Assembly (NCBI GenBank): GCA_951406725.2
Contig: OX597819.1
Location: 25,296,001-25,360,000, forward strand
DNA: 64,000 nucleotides
From: Octopus vulgaris
Taxonomy: Eukaryota
Direction of reading: 5' to 3'
In this document: piece after piece, positions 1 to 12,319 of the stretch
How positions within the stretch are numbered: the stretch's first letter is position 1
How the letters are laid out: every line of letters begins with the position of its first letter
Program-made: the position numbers and the translations under genes
Notes under the pieces: model-generated
Databases searched by the model: none
Told to the model about the DNA's origin: nothing
Seen by the model: only the letters and a program-made list of their open reading frames with translations

Positions 1-489
1 CCACACCATATGTTTATGGATAAAAAAAATGTAAGCTATGCATCACTGAACGAACTCAAATCCCCTAACTCTAACTCTGCTGTATTCTAGAGCCGAAATT
101 TTCAGCGGTTGTAAGCATATGGCAAAGTTCTTGATGGTGAATTGGAAAGTACCTCCCTCTCCGGATTGACTAATAGACTCTAAGGCACTATTCTTTCAGC
201 CTTATATTTCACGATATAAGGAGGAAATAACTCTAATTCTTCCCTTTTGATTCTTTCTTATTTGCTTTTCGTTTTCCGGTTTTTCAACCTTCCACCTTTC
301 ATATCTACTTCTTTCACGCCTTTTCTTGCTGTTTCTCTCATCCTATTCTATTTTTAGATCGTCATACTATGTGGGCAGAGTCGGATTATTGTGTTAGGAC
401 GCCAGCCGTGATAAAAAAAAACAATGGTATGCTCTCAAAACATGAAACTAATGGTAGCACATAAAATCATGTATTGCATTTATTTAATT

Positions 490-696
490 ATATATATATA
501 TATATGCATACACATATATATATATATACACATACATAAATATATATATATATATACATATATACATAAATATATATATACATATATATATATACATACA
601 TACATACATACATACATACATACATACATACATACATGCATACATACATACATACATACATATATACATAAATACATACATGCATATATATATATC
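490..696. repeat. (TA)n/(TACA)n compound microsatellite
   Basis: Visible runs of ta and taca; source of the YI/HTYI junk ORFs. Confidence 0.95.
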
Positions 697-971
697 TAAT
701 GAGGATAAAATTTCTTTCGAAAAAAATTTTATCAATGGCCAGCATATCAAAAAATACCATTAAAGGTTAAATTTATAAATAATTCATAAATGAGGGCAAA
801 GGAAAAAATTTCTAATGCCAAATATGCCGAAAAATTGGACATATTGTCCATTAACCATATTGTCCATTAACCATATTGCGTTTTGTGAAAAAATTATATG
901 GTTAATGGACAATATGTCCAATTTTTCGGCATATTTGGCATTAGAAATTTTTTCCTTTGCCCTCATTTATG

Positions 972-975
<4 letters not shown>
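697..975. mobile_element. Foldback element embedded in (TA)n, same family as 22555-23165
   Basis: 781-860 is the reverse complement of about 896-975 (about 80-bp arms). The sequence (gggcaaa..aattctaatgccaaatatgccg; tggccagcatatcaaaaaatacc) recurs at 22560-23160. Confidence 0.75.
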
Positions 976-1026
<51 letters not shown>

Positions 1027-1030
<4 letters not shown>

Positions 1031-1273
1031 CCTAGCAGGCAATAAAGGTAAGGAATTTTCAGAGAAGCACGCAACCCAAGTGTTCTGTTCTATCAACGCT
1101 GTCGGATTCCAAACTAATACCGAAATTCTTTAGGTGTAGAAAATACTCGTTTCACAGCGGTAAAACCGTTATGTGGGTGTAATTCAAGTAACAAGACAAA
1201 GAAATACTTTAACACATCTTTAATGATCAGTAAAGATGTGTTAAAGTATTTTCCTTGTCTTATTACTGGGATT
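1027..1273. mobile_element. TA-embedded element with hairpin; internally deleted relative of 16645-17175
   Basis: Shares aaggtcct...cgaaattctt..ggtgtaga...tttcacagcggtaaaa with 16645-16770. Hairpin aaatactttaacacatcttta / taaagatgtgttaaagtattt at about 1202-1251. Confidence 0.65.
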
Positions 1274-1293
1274 ATATACATACATACATAAAT

Positions 1294-1358
<65 letters not shown>

Positions 1359-1992
1359 TGTGTGTGTATGTGTGAGTGTGTATGTATGTGTATATATTTC
1401 TGTGTACATATGTGTGTATGTCATCATACATAAACCACACCCGGTGATAGAACCATGTTATTGGAAATTTGCAAAACATTTTTCTGTTCTGCAATCACTG
1501 CTTTTCACATGTTTGTGAATTTATAGTTCTACTACTGGGCTATTCAAAACATTTCCCATAGAATATTTTATACGTATCTTTCACAGAAACACTTCTATGC
1601 AAAATGTACTTTATCGATAAAGTTTGATTCATTGAAATTTGTTTGAATTTTTTCTATCTCCCCTTCTTGTTTGGAATTGATAGCAATTGCCACAAGACAT
1701 TTGCTTATGTTTTTTTTTTCTCTCGAAAAGAAGATAATTAAAAATTTATCTTTTATGGTAGTTGATGTTTTTCATTCGTTTTATTGTTCATATCAATGCC
1801 ACAAGCCACTCTGAGTGATTACTTTTTCAGTTCAATTTGATTTAAATCAAACAAATTACCTTAGGCCATAAGTGACATATACTTTGTATATGTTTAAATA
1901 TCACATCTACAGGTTCCAAGGTACGAATGTACTAATCTCTCCAACTGAAACATAAACAGGTGTCCACGGCTACCCAATTGCTTCCAGACAGT

Positions 1993-2495
1993 CATCATCA
2001 TCATCATCATCATTGTTCCACCGTGGTCGAGACAATGGAATTTACCATGCTACGCCAGACTTCACGGTCCATCATGGCATTACGGAGGTCCTGTCGCTGG
2101 ATGCCTGTATCCCTGGAGATTACATCAGGGTAGGAGAGTGTGCGCCCTCTGGTATTGCGAGTAGATGGCTTCCAGAGGAGAAGAGTAGAAATTACTTCTT
2201 TTTCAGCTCTACAACAATGTCCAGCAAGCTGGACTCTCCTACCTTTCACAAGAGATGACACAGGTGGTAGTTTCCCATATATTTGCATTTTGGTTGGATG
2301 GCGCTTCTACGAGAGATTTTGAGCTCTCATAAAGAGGCGAGTGTAGGTTCCATCCAACCGCCTCTCAAGCTTCTTTGATAATGTCCAGGTTTCTGAGCCA
2401 TATAGTAGAATTGGTTCGACAGTGGCTTTGAAGATTTCAAGTTTGAAGTCTCTACTTAGATTTGATGACCAGATCTTATCTAAACAGTATGCCAA
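1993..2495 (-). mobile_element. RTE-type LINE, 3' end (5'-truncated, frameshifted)
   Basis: Translation FKATVEPILLYGSETWTLSK...RRVQLAGHCCRA...AMMDREVWRSMV is typical of the RTE-clade RT C-terminus. A (GAT)n tail follows the stop, seen as (cat)n at 1993-2013. Confidence 0.85.
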
Positions 2496-3577
2496 TTTCG
2501 GAGAAATCGCGCCTGTTTGAGATTATCTCCCTTCTCAGCGGAAGTTACTCGTAATTTCAACAAACCGTTTATTTATTCGTGTCTCAAAAAGGAAAATACT
2601 TTTCATAAGTCAAAAATTTAACTTGCATGGTTCATTTATCCTCACTTATCACTTATTTGTTAATCCCTGATCCGGGATAACACAGTGCACTCATTGTAAT
2701 TCGCATTACGCTTATCATAAATTTATTTCTGATAACACTGGCCGCAGATCAGTCGAAGATTATTCTTGGCCAACAAAAGCCCGCTCCATCAACCATCCGC
2801 AGTGCTCATAACAACTTGGAATCTCGGAAGGAAATCCATTTTCCCATATGTTCTATCATATCATTCAGTTATCACTAATTCCTTTAATGCAGCGTATTAA
2901 TATACATGTATTTAATAGATCTTCATTCGTCTTTATTACTCGTACGTATCTGTACATAAAAAAAAGGACAAGTCAAAAGAGCCTGGAGGATTGTGTGCAT
3001 GCAGTACAGCACAGAAGGAACTGGAGTGACCAAGCAAGTCGACCAGTGGCCACATTTGGCCGAATTAAAACTAATTAGAATCAACGTAGAATCAACTAAT
3101 TAGAATCGACGCCTCACATATTCTCACTATCCTTATCTAAGTTAGTCTTCTATTTCAGTTTCAACCTTATCCTAATCACTTTATCTCCGTATGGCTTCCA
3201 GTTAAGCTGGACTAGAGTGTTTTTCTAATATACATGTATGCGTGTGTGAGTGGATATGTATGTGTGAGTACGTACATGCACACATATGTTTGTGTGTGTA
3301 TATGTGCATGTACGTATACATGGTTGTGTTTGTACGTATGTAGACGTTATGAACGCAGGAGGTTTATGTCTATATATTATGAGACTATATATAGTTGCGT
3401 GTATATATATATATGGTTGCGTGTATTCTTTATCCTTTATCTTCATTTTGTTTTTCTACCTATTAGAATAAATTCCCTTTTATTCAACGGTTTTTCATAG
3501 CGTCTATTGTCATTAATAGCCGACGAGAATGCATCGTAGCTCTTCGCTCCGACATTCGAAACTCCGAACACTACAAT

Positions 3578-4083
3578 GACATGGATGTTTCTGGGTCTTA
3601 ACCCGTCGTCAGCCCAGGATAGTGAGATCTGCTGATTGAGGCGACTGTCACGTTAAGTTGACAGTATACAACCACTCTATTGCTCCACCACCGCTCAAGT
3701 CTCTTTGAGACATTTAGAAATTCAATATTTCTAATTACGGTGACCAGTGAATAGATTTCACTGTAAATATATATGTTTGTGAAGGCTAGATAGGCGCCTC
3801 AATCAGCATATCTCACTATCCTGGGCTGATGACGGGTTATGGCCTAGAAACATGCGTGTCCTCAGGTGTGAATCTTGGCTGGTAGGGATGCTTGTCCCCC
3901 CATTCACAAATTTAAAGACACAGAAAATGTGTCAAAGCCGAAGGAAGCGTTCGATGCTTCCTAGGGATAAACAGCGGTGGTGTAATTCCCATACGGGACT
4001 GTCAAGTTAATTTGACAGTATACAATCACTCTATCACTCCACCACCGCTCATGTCTCTTTGAGACATTTAAAAATTTAATATT

Positions 4084-4086
<3 letters not shown>
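3578..4086. mobile_element. PLE-terminus-like element with inverted and direct repeats and two hammerhead motifs
   Basis: 3578-3643 is an inverted copy of about 3795-3860; 3643-3733 is repeated directly at about 3997-4086, followed by (AT)n. Confidence 0.7.
3820..3866 (+). ncRNA. Type I hammerhead ribozyme (complete minimal core)
   Basis: CCTGGG-CTGATGA-C-GGGT tatg GCCT-A-GAAAC-A tgcg T-GTC|CTCAGG: 6-bp helix I, helix II, short helix III, GUC cleavage triplet ending at 3860. Confidence 0.75.
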
Positions 4087-4130
<44 letters not shown>

Positions 4131-4139
4131 CATATATCT

Positions 4140-4392
4140 TTATGTGCGCGCGTGTGTGTATGTGTATGTGTGTGTCTCTGTTCTGTGTTTATCTCCCACC
4201 ATCGCTTTGATAACTAGTGTTGGTGTGCTTACGTCACTGTAGCATAGCAGTTCGGCCAAAGAGCCCGATAAAATAATTATCAGGCTTAAAAAAAATAACT
4301 ACTGGGGTCGATTTATTCGACTAAAAAATTCCCCAAGGTGGTGCCCCAGCATGACCGCAGTCTAATGACAGAAAAGTGAAACATAAAAAGAT
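4140..4392 (+). mobile_element. SINE family A, 3' half
   Basis: Matches the 3' half of the full copy at 63570-63975 (gttcggc..aaaga, ggggtcgatt, ccagcatg.ccgcagtc.aatgac). Confidence 0.8.
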
Positions 4393-4500
4393 AGGGCTAC
4401 ATAGACATTCGTTTCTTTGAAACAGTTATAGTTGTTACATTTGGAAAAAGGAACGGCTACGTAAGGCTCCCACGTTGTCTTAGTTATGCTATAGAGTTGT

Positions 4501-6500
4501 TGAGAGTGGCAGTAGTGTGTTGTGATGAAGGTATCAGTGGGAGTGTGTGTTGTGATGAGGGTAGCAGTGGGAGTATATATTGTGATAAAGGTAGCAGTGG
4601 GAGTGTGTGTTGGGATGACGGTATCAGTGGGAGTGTGTGTTGTGATGAGGGTATCAGTGGGAGTGTGTATTGGGATGAGGGTAGCAGTGGGAGTGTGTGT
4701 TGTGATGAGGGTAGCAGTGGGAGTGTTTGTTGTGATGAGGGTATCAGTGGGAGTATATATTGTGATAAAGGTAGCAGTGGGCGTGTGTGTTGTGATGAGG
4801 GTAACAGTGGGAGTGTGTATTGTGATGAGGGTAGCAGTGGGAGTATTTGTTGTGATGAGGGTATCAGTGGGAGTATATATTGTGATAAAGGTAGCAGTGG
4901 GAGTGTGTGTTGGGATGACGGTATCAGTGGGAGTGTGTGTTGTGATGAGGGTATCAGTGGGAGTGTGTATTGTGATGAGGGTAGCAGTGGGAGTGTGTAT
5001 TGTGATGAGGGTAGCAGTGGGAGTGTTTGTTGTGATGAGGGTATCAGTGGGAGTATATATTGTGATAAAGGTAGCAGTGGGCGTGTGTGTTGTGATGAGG
5101 GTAACAGTGGGAGTGTGTATTGTGATGAGGGTAGCAGTGGGAGTATTTGTTGTGATGAGGGTATCAGTGGGAGTATATATTGTGATAAAGGTAGCAGTGG
5201 GCGTATGTGTTGTGATGAGGGTAACAGTGGGAGTGTGTATTGTGATGAGGGTAGCAGTGGGAGTGTTTGTTGTGATGAGGGTATCAGTGGGAGTATATAT
5301 TGTGATAAAGGTAGCAGTAGGAGTGTGTGTTGTGATGACGGTATCAGTGGGAGTGTGTGTTGGGATGAGGGTAGCAGTGGGAGTGTTTGTTGTGATGAAG
5401 GTATCAGTGGAAGTGTGTGTTGTGTTGAGGGTAGTAGTGGAAGTATGTGTTGTGAAGAAGGTAGCAGTGAGCAGTAGGAGTGTGTGTTGTGATAAAGGTA
5501 TCAGTGGGAGTGTGTGTTGTGATGACGGTATCAGTGGGAGTGTGTGTTGTGATGACGGTACCAGTGGGAGTGTGTATTGTGATGACGGTATCAGTGGGAG
5601 TGTGTGTTGTGATGACGGTACCAGTGGGAGTGTGCATTGTGATGAGGGTAGCAGTGGGAGTGTTTGTTGTGAGGAAAGTATCAGTGGGAGTGTGTGTTGT
5701 GTTGTGGGTAGCAGTGGGAGTGTGTGTTGTGTTGAGGGTAGTAGTGGAAGTATGTGTTGTGAAGAAGGTAGCAGTGAGCAGTAGGAGTGTGTGTTGTGAT
5801 GAGGGTAGCAGTGGGAGTATATATTGTGATAAAGGTATCAGTGGGAGTGTGTGTTGTGATGACGGTATCAGTGGGAGTGTGTATTGTGATGAGGGTAGCA
5901 GTGGGAGTGTTTGTTGTGATAATGGTAGCAGTGGGAGTTATTGTTGTATTGAAAGTATCAGTGGGAGTGTTTGTTGTGATGAAGGTAGCAGTGGGAGTAT
6001 ATATTGTGATAAAGGTAGCAGTGGGAGTGTGTGTTGTTATGAAGGTATCAGTGGGAGTGTGTGTTGTGATGAGGGTAGCAGTGGGAGTGTTTGTTGTGAT
6101 GAGGGTAGCAGTGGGAGTGTGTGTCGTGTTGGACGTAGCAGTGGGAGTGTTTGTTGTGATGAGAGTAGTAGTGGAAGTATGTGTTGTGAAGAAGGTAGCA
6201 GTGAGCAGTAGGAGTGTGTGTTGTGATAAAGGTAGCAGTGGGAGTATATATTGTGATAAAGGTATCAGTGGGAGTGTGTGTTGTGATGAAGGTATCAGTG
6301 GGAGTGTATGCTGTGATGAGGGTAGCAGTGGGAGCGTTTGTTGTGATGAGGGTAGTAGTGGGAGTGTGTGTTGTGTTGATCGTAGCAGTGGGAGTGTTTG
6401 TTGTAATGAGGGTAGTAGTGGAAGTATGTGTTGTGAAGAAGGTAGCAGTGAGCAGTAGGAGTGTGTGTTGTGATAAAGGTAGCAGTGGGAGTGTGTGTTT
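4501..6500. repeat. 30-bp minisatellite (about 65 units) with higher-order structure
   Basis: Unit gtagcagtgggagtgtgtgttgtgatgagg, aligned at 30-bp period in the sequence. 7-bp insertions occur near 5470, 5777, 6204 and 6451. Confidence 0.95.
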
Positions 6501-6929
6501 GTAATAATGATAGCAGTGTGTGAGCGTATGTGCATGTGTGTGTGTGCGTGTGTGTATGTGTGTGTGTGTTGTAATGATAACGCTAATAACGTTGGTGATG
6601 GTTGTTACGCAGATTAATGTATGTTGGTTGGGGATGTTAGTTGTTATAAAAAACAGAGGCGGTGGTAGTTGCAGGGCTGAGTTCGGAGATGAATGGGGCT
6701 AGTGGAAATAGAAGTCGTTGTAACGTTGTTGTGGGATGAATATTGTGATGAATGAACGTGTTGACTTGCGTTAATCATATTGGTAGCTGCATTGGAAACC
6801 ATAGTAATATTTGTGAGCTTTTTGAAGGTGGTCGTAGAGTGACGACAGCTGTTATGATGTAGCGGTGGTAAGAGTAGTGGTTGTAATTACAATGGTGTGT
6901 TTTGAGATGAAGTTAGTAGTAGTAGTCGT

Positions 6930-7378
<449 letters not shown>

Positions 7379-8485
7379 GCTGTTGTTGTTGTTATTCAGT
7401 AGTCTTATTTTTATCACGTGCTTTCTTCTTCTTCTTCTTCTTCTTCTTCTTCTTCTTCTTCTTCGTAGCTGTGGTGATTGCTGTCATAAGCAGTTTTGCC
7501 GTGCTAGTAGTGGTAGGAGTAGCCGCAGTGGTTGTGATAAACAGTGCTGGGCAGTAGTAGTGGCAGTAGCTGGGGGTCGTTGTTTTATAGTGTTGCGGTT
7601 GTAGAAGTTGTAGTAGTTGAAATGGTAGTAGAAGAAGTAGTTAGTGGTAGCAATAGTAGAAATAGCCTCAACATTTGCGGTAGTTATAGTAGAAGTAGTA
7701 GTAACAGTAATATAATACGTAGTTGTAGAAGTAGCAGTAGTAGGGGTAGCAGGTGTTATAAATAGTGCTGAGGTGGTAGTAATGACTGGTTTCTCTGATA
7801 AACCGTGCTGAGGTCGTCGACGTAGTAGTGGTGGTGGAAATGGTGATGGTAGTGGTAGTAGTAGTAGTAGTAGTAGTAGTAGTTGTAGTAGTTGTAGTAG
7901 TAGTAGTAGTAGCAATAGTGGTAGTAAATATGGTAGTGATAGTAGTAATGGTGTAGATGTTGGTAGTAGTAGTAGTGCTAGTAGTAGTTGTAGTTGTAGT
8001 AGTAGTAGTAGTATTCATGGTAGTAGTAGTGCTAGAGAAGTTGCTGGTAGTAGTAGTTGTTGCTTTGATAAACAGTGTTCAGGTTCTAGTTGTAGTGGTG
8101 ATGGTTGTGTGATAGAAATAGCTGCGGTGGTAGTAGTAACAGTTGTTTTTGAGATTATGGTAGCCGTTGTAGTGTTAGTGGTTGTCGTTGCTGAGATTGT
8201 TGTTCGGATGGTAGTAGTAGGTGGTGGTGGTGGTTTCAGTGGTGTTAATTGTTGCTACTGTTGTGGTGGCTATTGTTGTTGTGGTTGTTGTTGTTGTTAT
8301 TGTGCTTTTTGTAACGGGTGTGGCTGTAGTAGTAGTCGTAGTTGGTGACGTGGGTGTGGTGGTCGTTGTGTTGCGAGTGGTAGTTGTGGTGGTTATGATA
8401 GTGGCATTTCTGTGGTTGTTATTGTAGTTGTTGTGGATTGTGTAAGTCTAGTTGCTGCTGCTGTTGTTGTTGTTGTTGTTGTTGT
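7379..8485. repeat. Degenerate (GTA/GTG/GTT)n trinucleotide low-complexity region
   Basis: G/T-rich trinucleotide runs; source of the poly-V/T/S ORFs. Confidence 0.9.
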
Positions 8486-8936
8486 TCTTCTTCTTCTTCT
8501 TCTTCTTCTTGTTCTTCTTCTTCTTCTTCTCCTCCTCCTCCTTCTTCTTCCTCTTCTTCTTCCTCCTTCTTCGTCTTCTTCTCCTCCTCCTCCTCCTCCT
8601 TCTTCTCCTTCTCCTCCTCCTCCTTCTTATTCTCCTCCTCCTTCTTCTTCTTCTTCTTCTTCTTCTTCTTCTCCTCCTCCTCCTCCTCCTCCTCCTCCTT
8701 CTTCTTCTTCTTCTTCTCCTCCTCCTCCTTCTTCTTCTTCTTCGTCTTCTTCTTCTCCTCCTCCTCCTCCTCATTCTTCTTCTTCTTCTTCTTCTTCTTC
8801 TTCTTCTTCTTCTCCTTCTCATCCTCCTCCTCCTCCTCCTCCTCCTCCTCCTCCTTCTCCTCCTCCTCCTCCTCCTCCTCCTTCTTCTTCTTCTTCTTCT
8901 TCTTCTTCTTCTTCTTCTTCTTCTTCTTCTTCTTCC
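8486..8936. repeat. (CTT)n/(CCT)n polypyrimidine tract
   Basis: About 450 nt almost purely C/T on the + strand. Confidence 0.95.
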
Positions 8937-9224
8937 AATCAGGACTCACGCCATTAGCCATAAAGAGTAATCTCTAATTCGAGCCTACTCTAAGCTACTA
9001 AGAATGTGTGTGACAACTTGAAGATCCACCCACCCACCACACGTGATAGACTGGCGGTTGCACGGGCGCGAAAGCTACGTTGTTATCCTCATTCCGTAAA
9101 CGGTGGCTTTTAACGGGTGGAGAGCTGAACCATTCTGGGGCACAGAGGATTCGCAATCTAGACAAGGTTCTGAAAGTTTACCACATCATAGTGGGTTACA
9201 CCATGGTCCCGCTGCTTTGTGGCA

Positions 9225-9412
9225 GAAGTAGAAAGAGTGAGAGAAAATCGTGGTGAAAGAGTACAGCGGGGTTCACCCTACCCCCGCTTGAGCTTCGTGG
9301 AGCTTAGGTGTTTTTGCTCAATAAACACTCACAATGCCCGGTCTGGGAATCGAAACCGCGTTCTTACGACCGCGAGTCCGCTGCCCTAACCACTGGGCCA
9401 CTGCGCCTCCAC
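9225..9412 (-). mobile_element. tRNA-head SINE family D, partial
   Basis: Reverse complement begins gtggaggcgcagtggcccagtggttagggcagcggactcgcgg...ggtttcgattccc (A/B boxes), as in 29749-30140. Confidence 0.85.
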
Positions 9413-9758
9413 TTGCTGCTGCTGTTGCTTTTGTAGTCGTTGTTGTGTTGCTGGTGGCGGCGGTTGTTGTTGGAGGTGCTGCTAATGGTGTGGTTCTTGT
9501 ATTTGATGCTGTTATTGTGATGGTAGTAGTTATTTAGAAAATATCGAAGACGTAGTCATAGTGATTGTTGGAACGGTTGTAAACCTCATGTTGCTGTTTG
9601 TATTGCGGTGGTGGCGGTGGTAGTTTTGGTGACAGTACTAATGGTTGTGTTGCTGTTAATGTATTTCTTTGGTCAGTGCTGATCGATCGAAGATAACTAA
9701 AGTACACGGCAGCAGTAGTAGCAGTAGCAGTAGCAGCAGCAGTAGTAGCAGCAGTAGT

Positions 9759-9802
<44 letters not shown>

Positions 9803-9889
9803 TTATTTATCTTCAGCTCAGCTCTTCGAGATAAAGGTAGTAGTACTAGATACGGTGGAGGTGGACGTGATGGTCAAGTAGCTAACTTA

Positions 9890-11400
9890 TATTCTTCTGC
9901 AATTGTCACTTAGAGTGTCCGCTTGATCTGAATCTCTTGGTATCTGAGATACAAGGAGGAAAAAAGCCATTCGATGGGCCCAGTTGACAGAGGCGTAACA
10001 TGGCAGCAAAGCAACGATTCGGTTTTTGGCAGGCCGTAATGGGCGCATGTTACTCGACTCCAAACGGAGATACTGAAACTGCGACATGTCCAGCATTTCA
10101 TTGACGATTAGCAGGTGCGGTTGCAGTTTGTTAGCCTCACTTTTCTGCAGCTCGTCTCTTTGACTGAGATGCAGTACTGGATCAAGCATAGACTGAGACA
10201 GGGTGTCTGGTGCCTAGTGTATCGTTAGGTAAAGACGCTAAAGTTTTCGAAGCAGTTGTCCGTGAATATCCTTTTCATCTTCGATTTTGAATGTAACGTT
10301 TAAATCTGATAAGTAGATGACATTCATAGCAGTATGTAGATGTATAACCAACGTACAGGAGGTGTAGTTTCCGAAATAGTTATCTTTAATATTCATCTAC
10401 TCGTTGATTTTATAAAGAAAATAAAAAGTGCTCACCTGAAGAGTAGATGAACTTTAGCGCTCAATTTCAATTAGTAGTTGTCCTGAGGAACAATGTGGCT
10501 ACATTGAATCCTAGATTTTGCATCGTGCTGCTGTTTCTTATAGAATTTAGTTATCAAGCAGCTGTTTTATACAACAGTTCATTTCCTTATTTTTCTCAGT
10601 CTGCTCAAGAGCAATGGTCCTGCAGATACAGATTACGACACCCAGTTCATATTATATACCTGACGTTCTGGAAGGTTACAATATGGCAATGTTTAGCAGA
10701 GATAATTGATGGGAATCAAAAAGTGGATGGGGGTAGTCAATTAGAGAGATCGTACGTACCCTTCATTCACTTTTGACACAAAATAATCTGATAATTATGG
10801 TTTTAGGTGACATATCAATATCCTGTTATAAGGCATGGGTTTCGTGAGTTTTTGTTTGATACTTTGTTTAACATCTTCTTAAAATGCTATGGCGTTTATT
10901 ATGTATAGTCCTTGTTGTTTACCTTAGATCTAGCCCGATCATGTAGAGCTATGATGAAAGATATTCCATTCATGACAATTCTGTTTTATTCAGACATTGT
11001 GTGTCTTGGTCTACATTGCTCTATATATCATTATAATTTGACGATTAGCAGGTGTGGTCACAGTTTGTTAGACTCACTTTTCTGCAGTTCATCTCTTTAA
11101 CTGAGCTGCAGTCCTGGATCAAGCGTAGACAGACGACCATGATTTCGAGAAGACTAATTCTAACAAATTGAACGATCACATAGAGACTCCCTCATTTGAG
11201 GGACTGATGCTGGAAGGATGTAATGTATTCGTCATCCTTTCACACACAGTTTGCAGTAGACTCTCAAGATTTTCCTTCCATTCAATTTCCTTGTCATTTA
11301 ACTTGTCAATTCTTCCCCGTATAGACTTCCAGGAGATTTCAGCTTGTACAGTTGATAAGTATATGTCATTTTCAGCTCTTACATCTATCTAATGGGATAT
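9890..11400 (-). mobile_element. Highly decayed Bel/Pao-like LTR retrotransposon (RNase H-integrase region), rearranged
   Basis: Frameshifted minus-strand peptides appear in the expected order: FPSIISAKH, SAGPLLLSRLRK, FKRYIQNR/RIFTDN. A second segment reads MLDMSQF..SRVT. 10101-10193 duplicates 11038-11130. Confidence 0.5.
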
Positions 11401-11569
11401 CTTTTACAGTAATGATTCTGCTTTATTATGTTCAAACTATGGCAGACAGATTTAGAATATTTCATGAACAGATTATTTAGTCATTTGCTTTCAAAATACG
11501 TAGGTTTGTATTTTCGACCTTCATCACTAGCAAGCTCCTGTTTCAAGTTATGCAGGCTATAACTTAAAA

Positions 11570-11735
11570 TTCTAAATACAGGTTGTAATTTAAGATTTCA
11601 CGTTCCGTGTCTCCAAACAGTTCTAAGAATTCTTTTATTCATTTCTGAAGGTTAGTAAATGTATTAACTGTGTTACTATTTATATGTATTGTAACGTATC
11701 ATGTATAAATAAGTGAGGATTTGTGTATGCATGTA
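11570..11735 (-). mobile_element. Short microsatellite-linked element; inverted copy of 12795-12950
   Basis: Reverse-complement match (aaatacaggttgtaatttaag.tttcacgt...ttctgaaggttagtaaa), flanked by (TATG)n. Confidence 0.75.
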
Positions 11736-12319
11736 TGTGTATGTGTGTATATGTATGTATGCTAGCTTGTATGTTTGTATGTATATATATGTAAGTATTT
11801 ATGTATATATGCATGGATATGTGTCTGTCTGATTGAACATACGTGTGTGCATATATATGTATTCATGAAAGAAATTCCAGCTTAGACTGATTTTCCTGTT
11901 TCATTATTTGCAATTTTTACAATTTTACAATTTAAGAATATTGAAATAAACTAGTACTTTCATGCACTACGCAACCACCAGGTTTATGTAGTGACAGTCG
12001 TGTTCCGCAATTGACAACTGTAGTGAAATCGTTGGGTTTATCCTTTAAATACCCCCCGATGTGCTTCAGCAGGCTGAATCTTACGAACTGTGTTTTGACC
12101 AATCAGTATGTGGCTTAGATATCACGGTTTGGTAAGCAAGACAACTGAGTTCTAGGGTAAGTATTTCGACCAATTAGTATGTGACTTAGACGTCACGGTT
12201 TGGTGAGCACGTCAAGGATAATTTACTCTGGTCGCACCTAAAGAAATAATTGTTTGGCTATATTTTGCAATGCTGTAAACAAAATTACTGTTTTCTTCGA
12301 AAATTTTCCCTTACACTCA

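Noticed and set aside
424-1518. ORFs rich in YI/HT/CV/MYV here and throughout (27.7-28.9 kb, 41.5 kb, 52-53.6 kb, 59.9-60.4 kb, 61.7 kb)
   Set aside because: Translations of (TA)n, (CA)n and (TACA)n microsatellites.
4501-6500. CRISPR-like array or genuine Cys-rich CDS
   Set aside because: Units are contiguous with no unique spacers and no cas genes, in a eukaryotic context. There is no start or splice support for coding.
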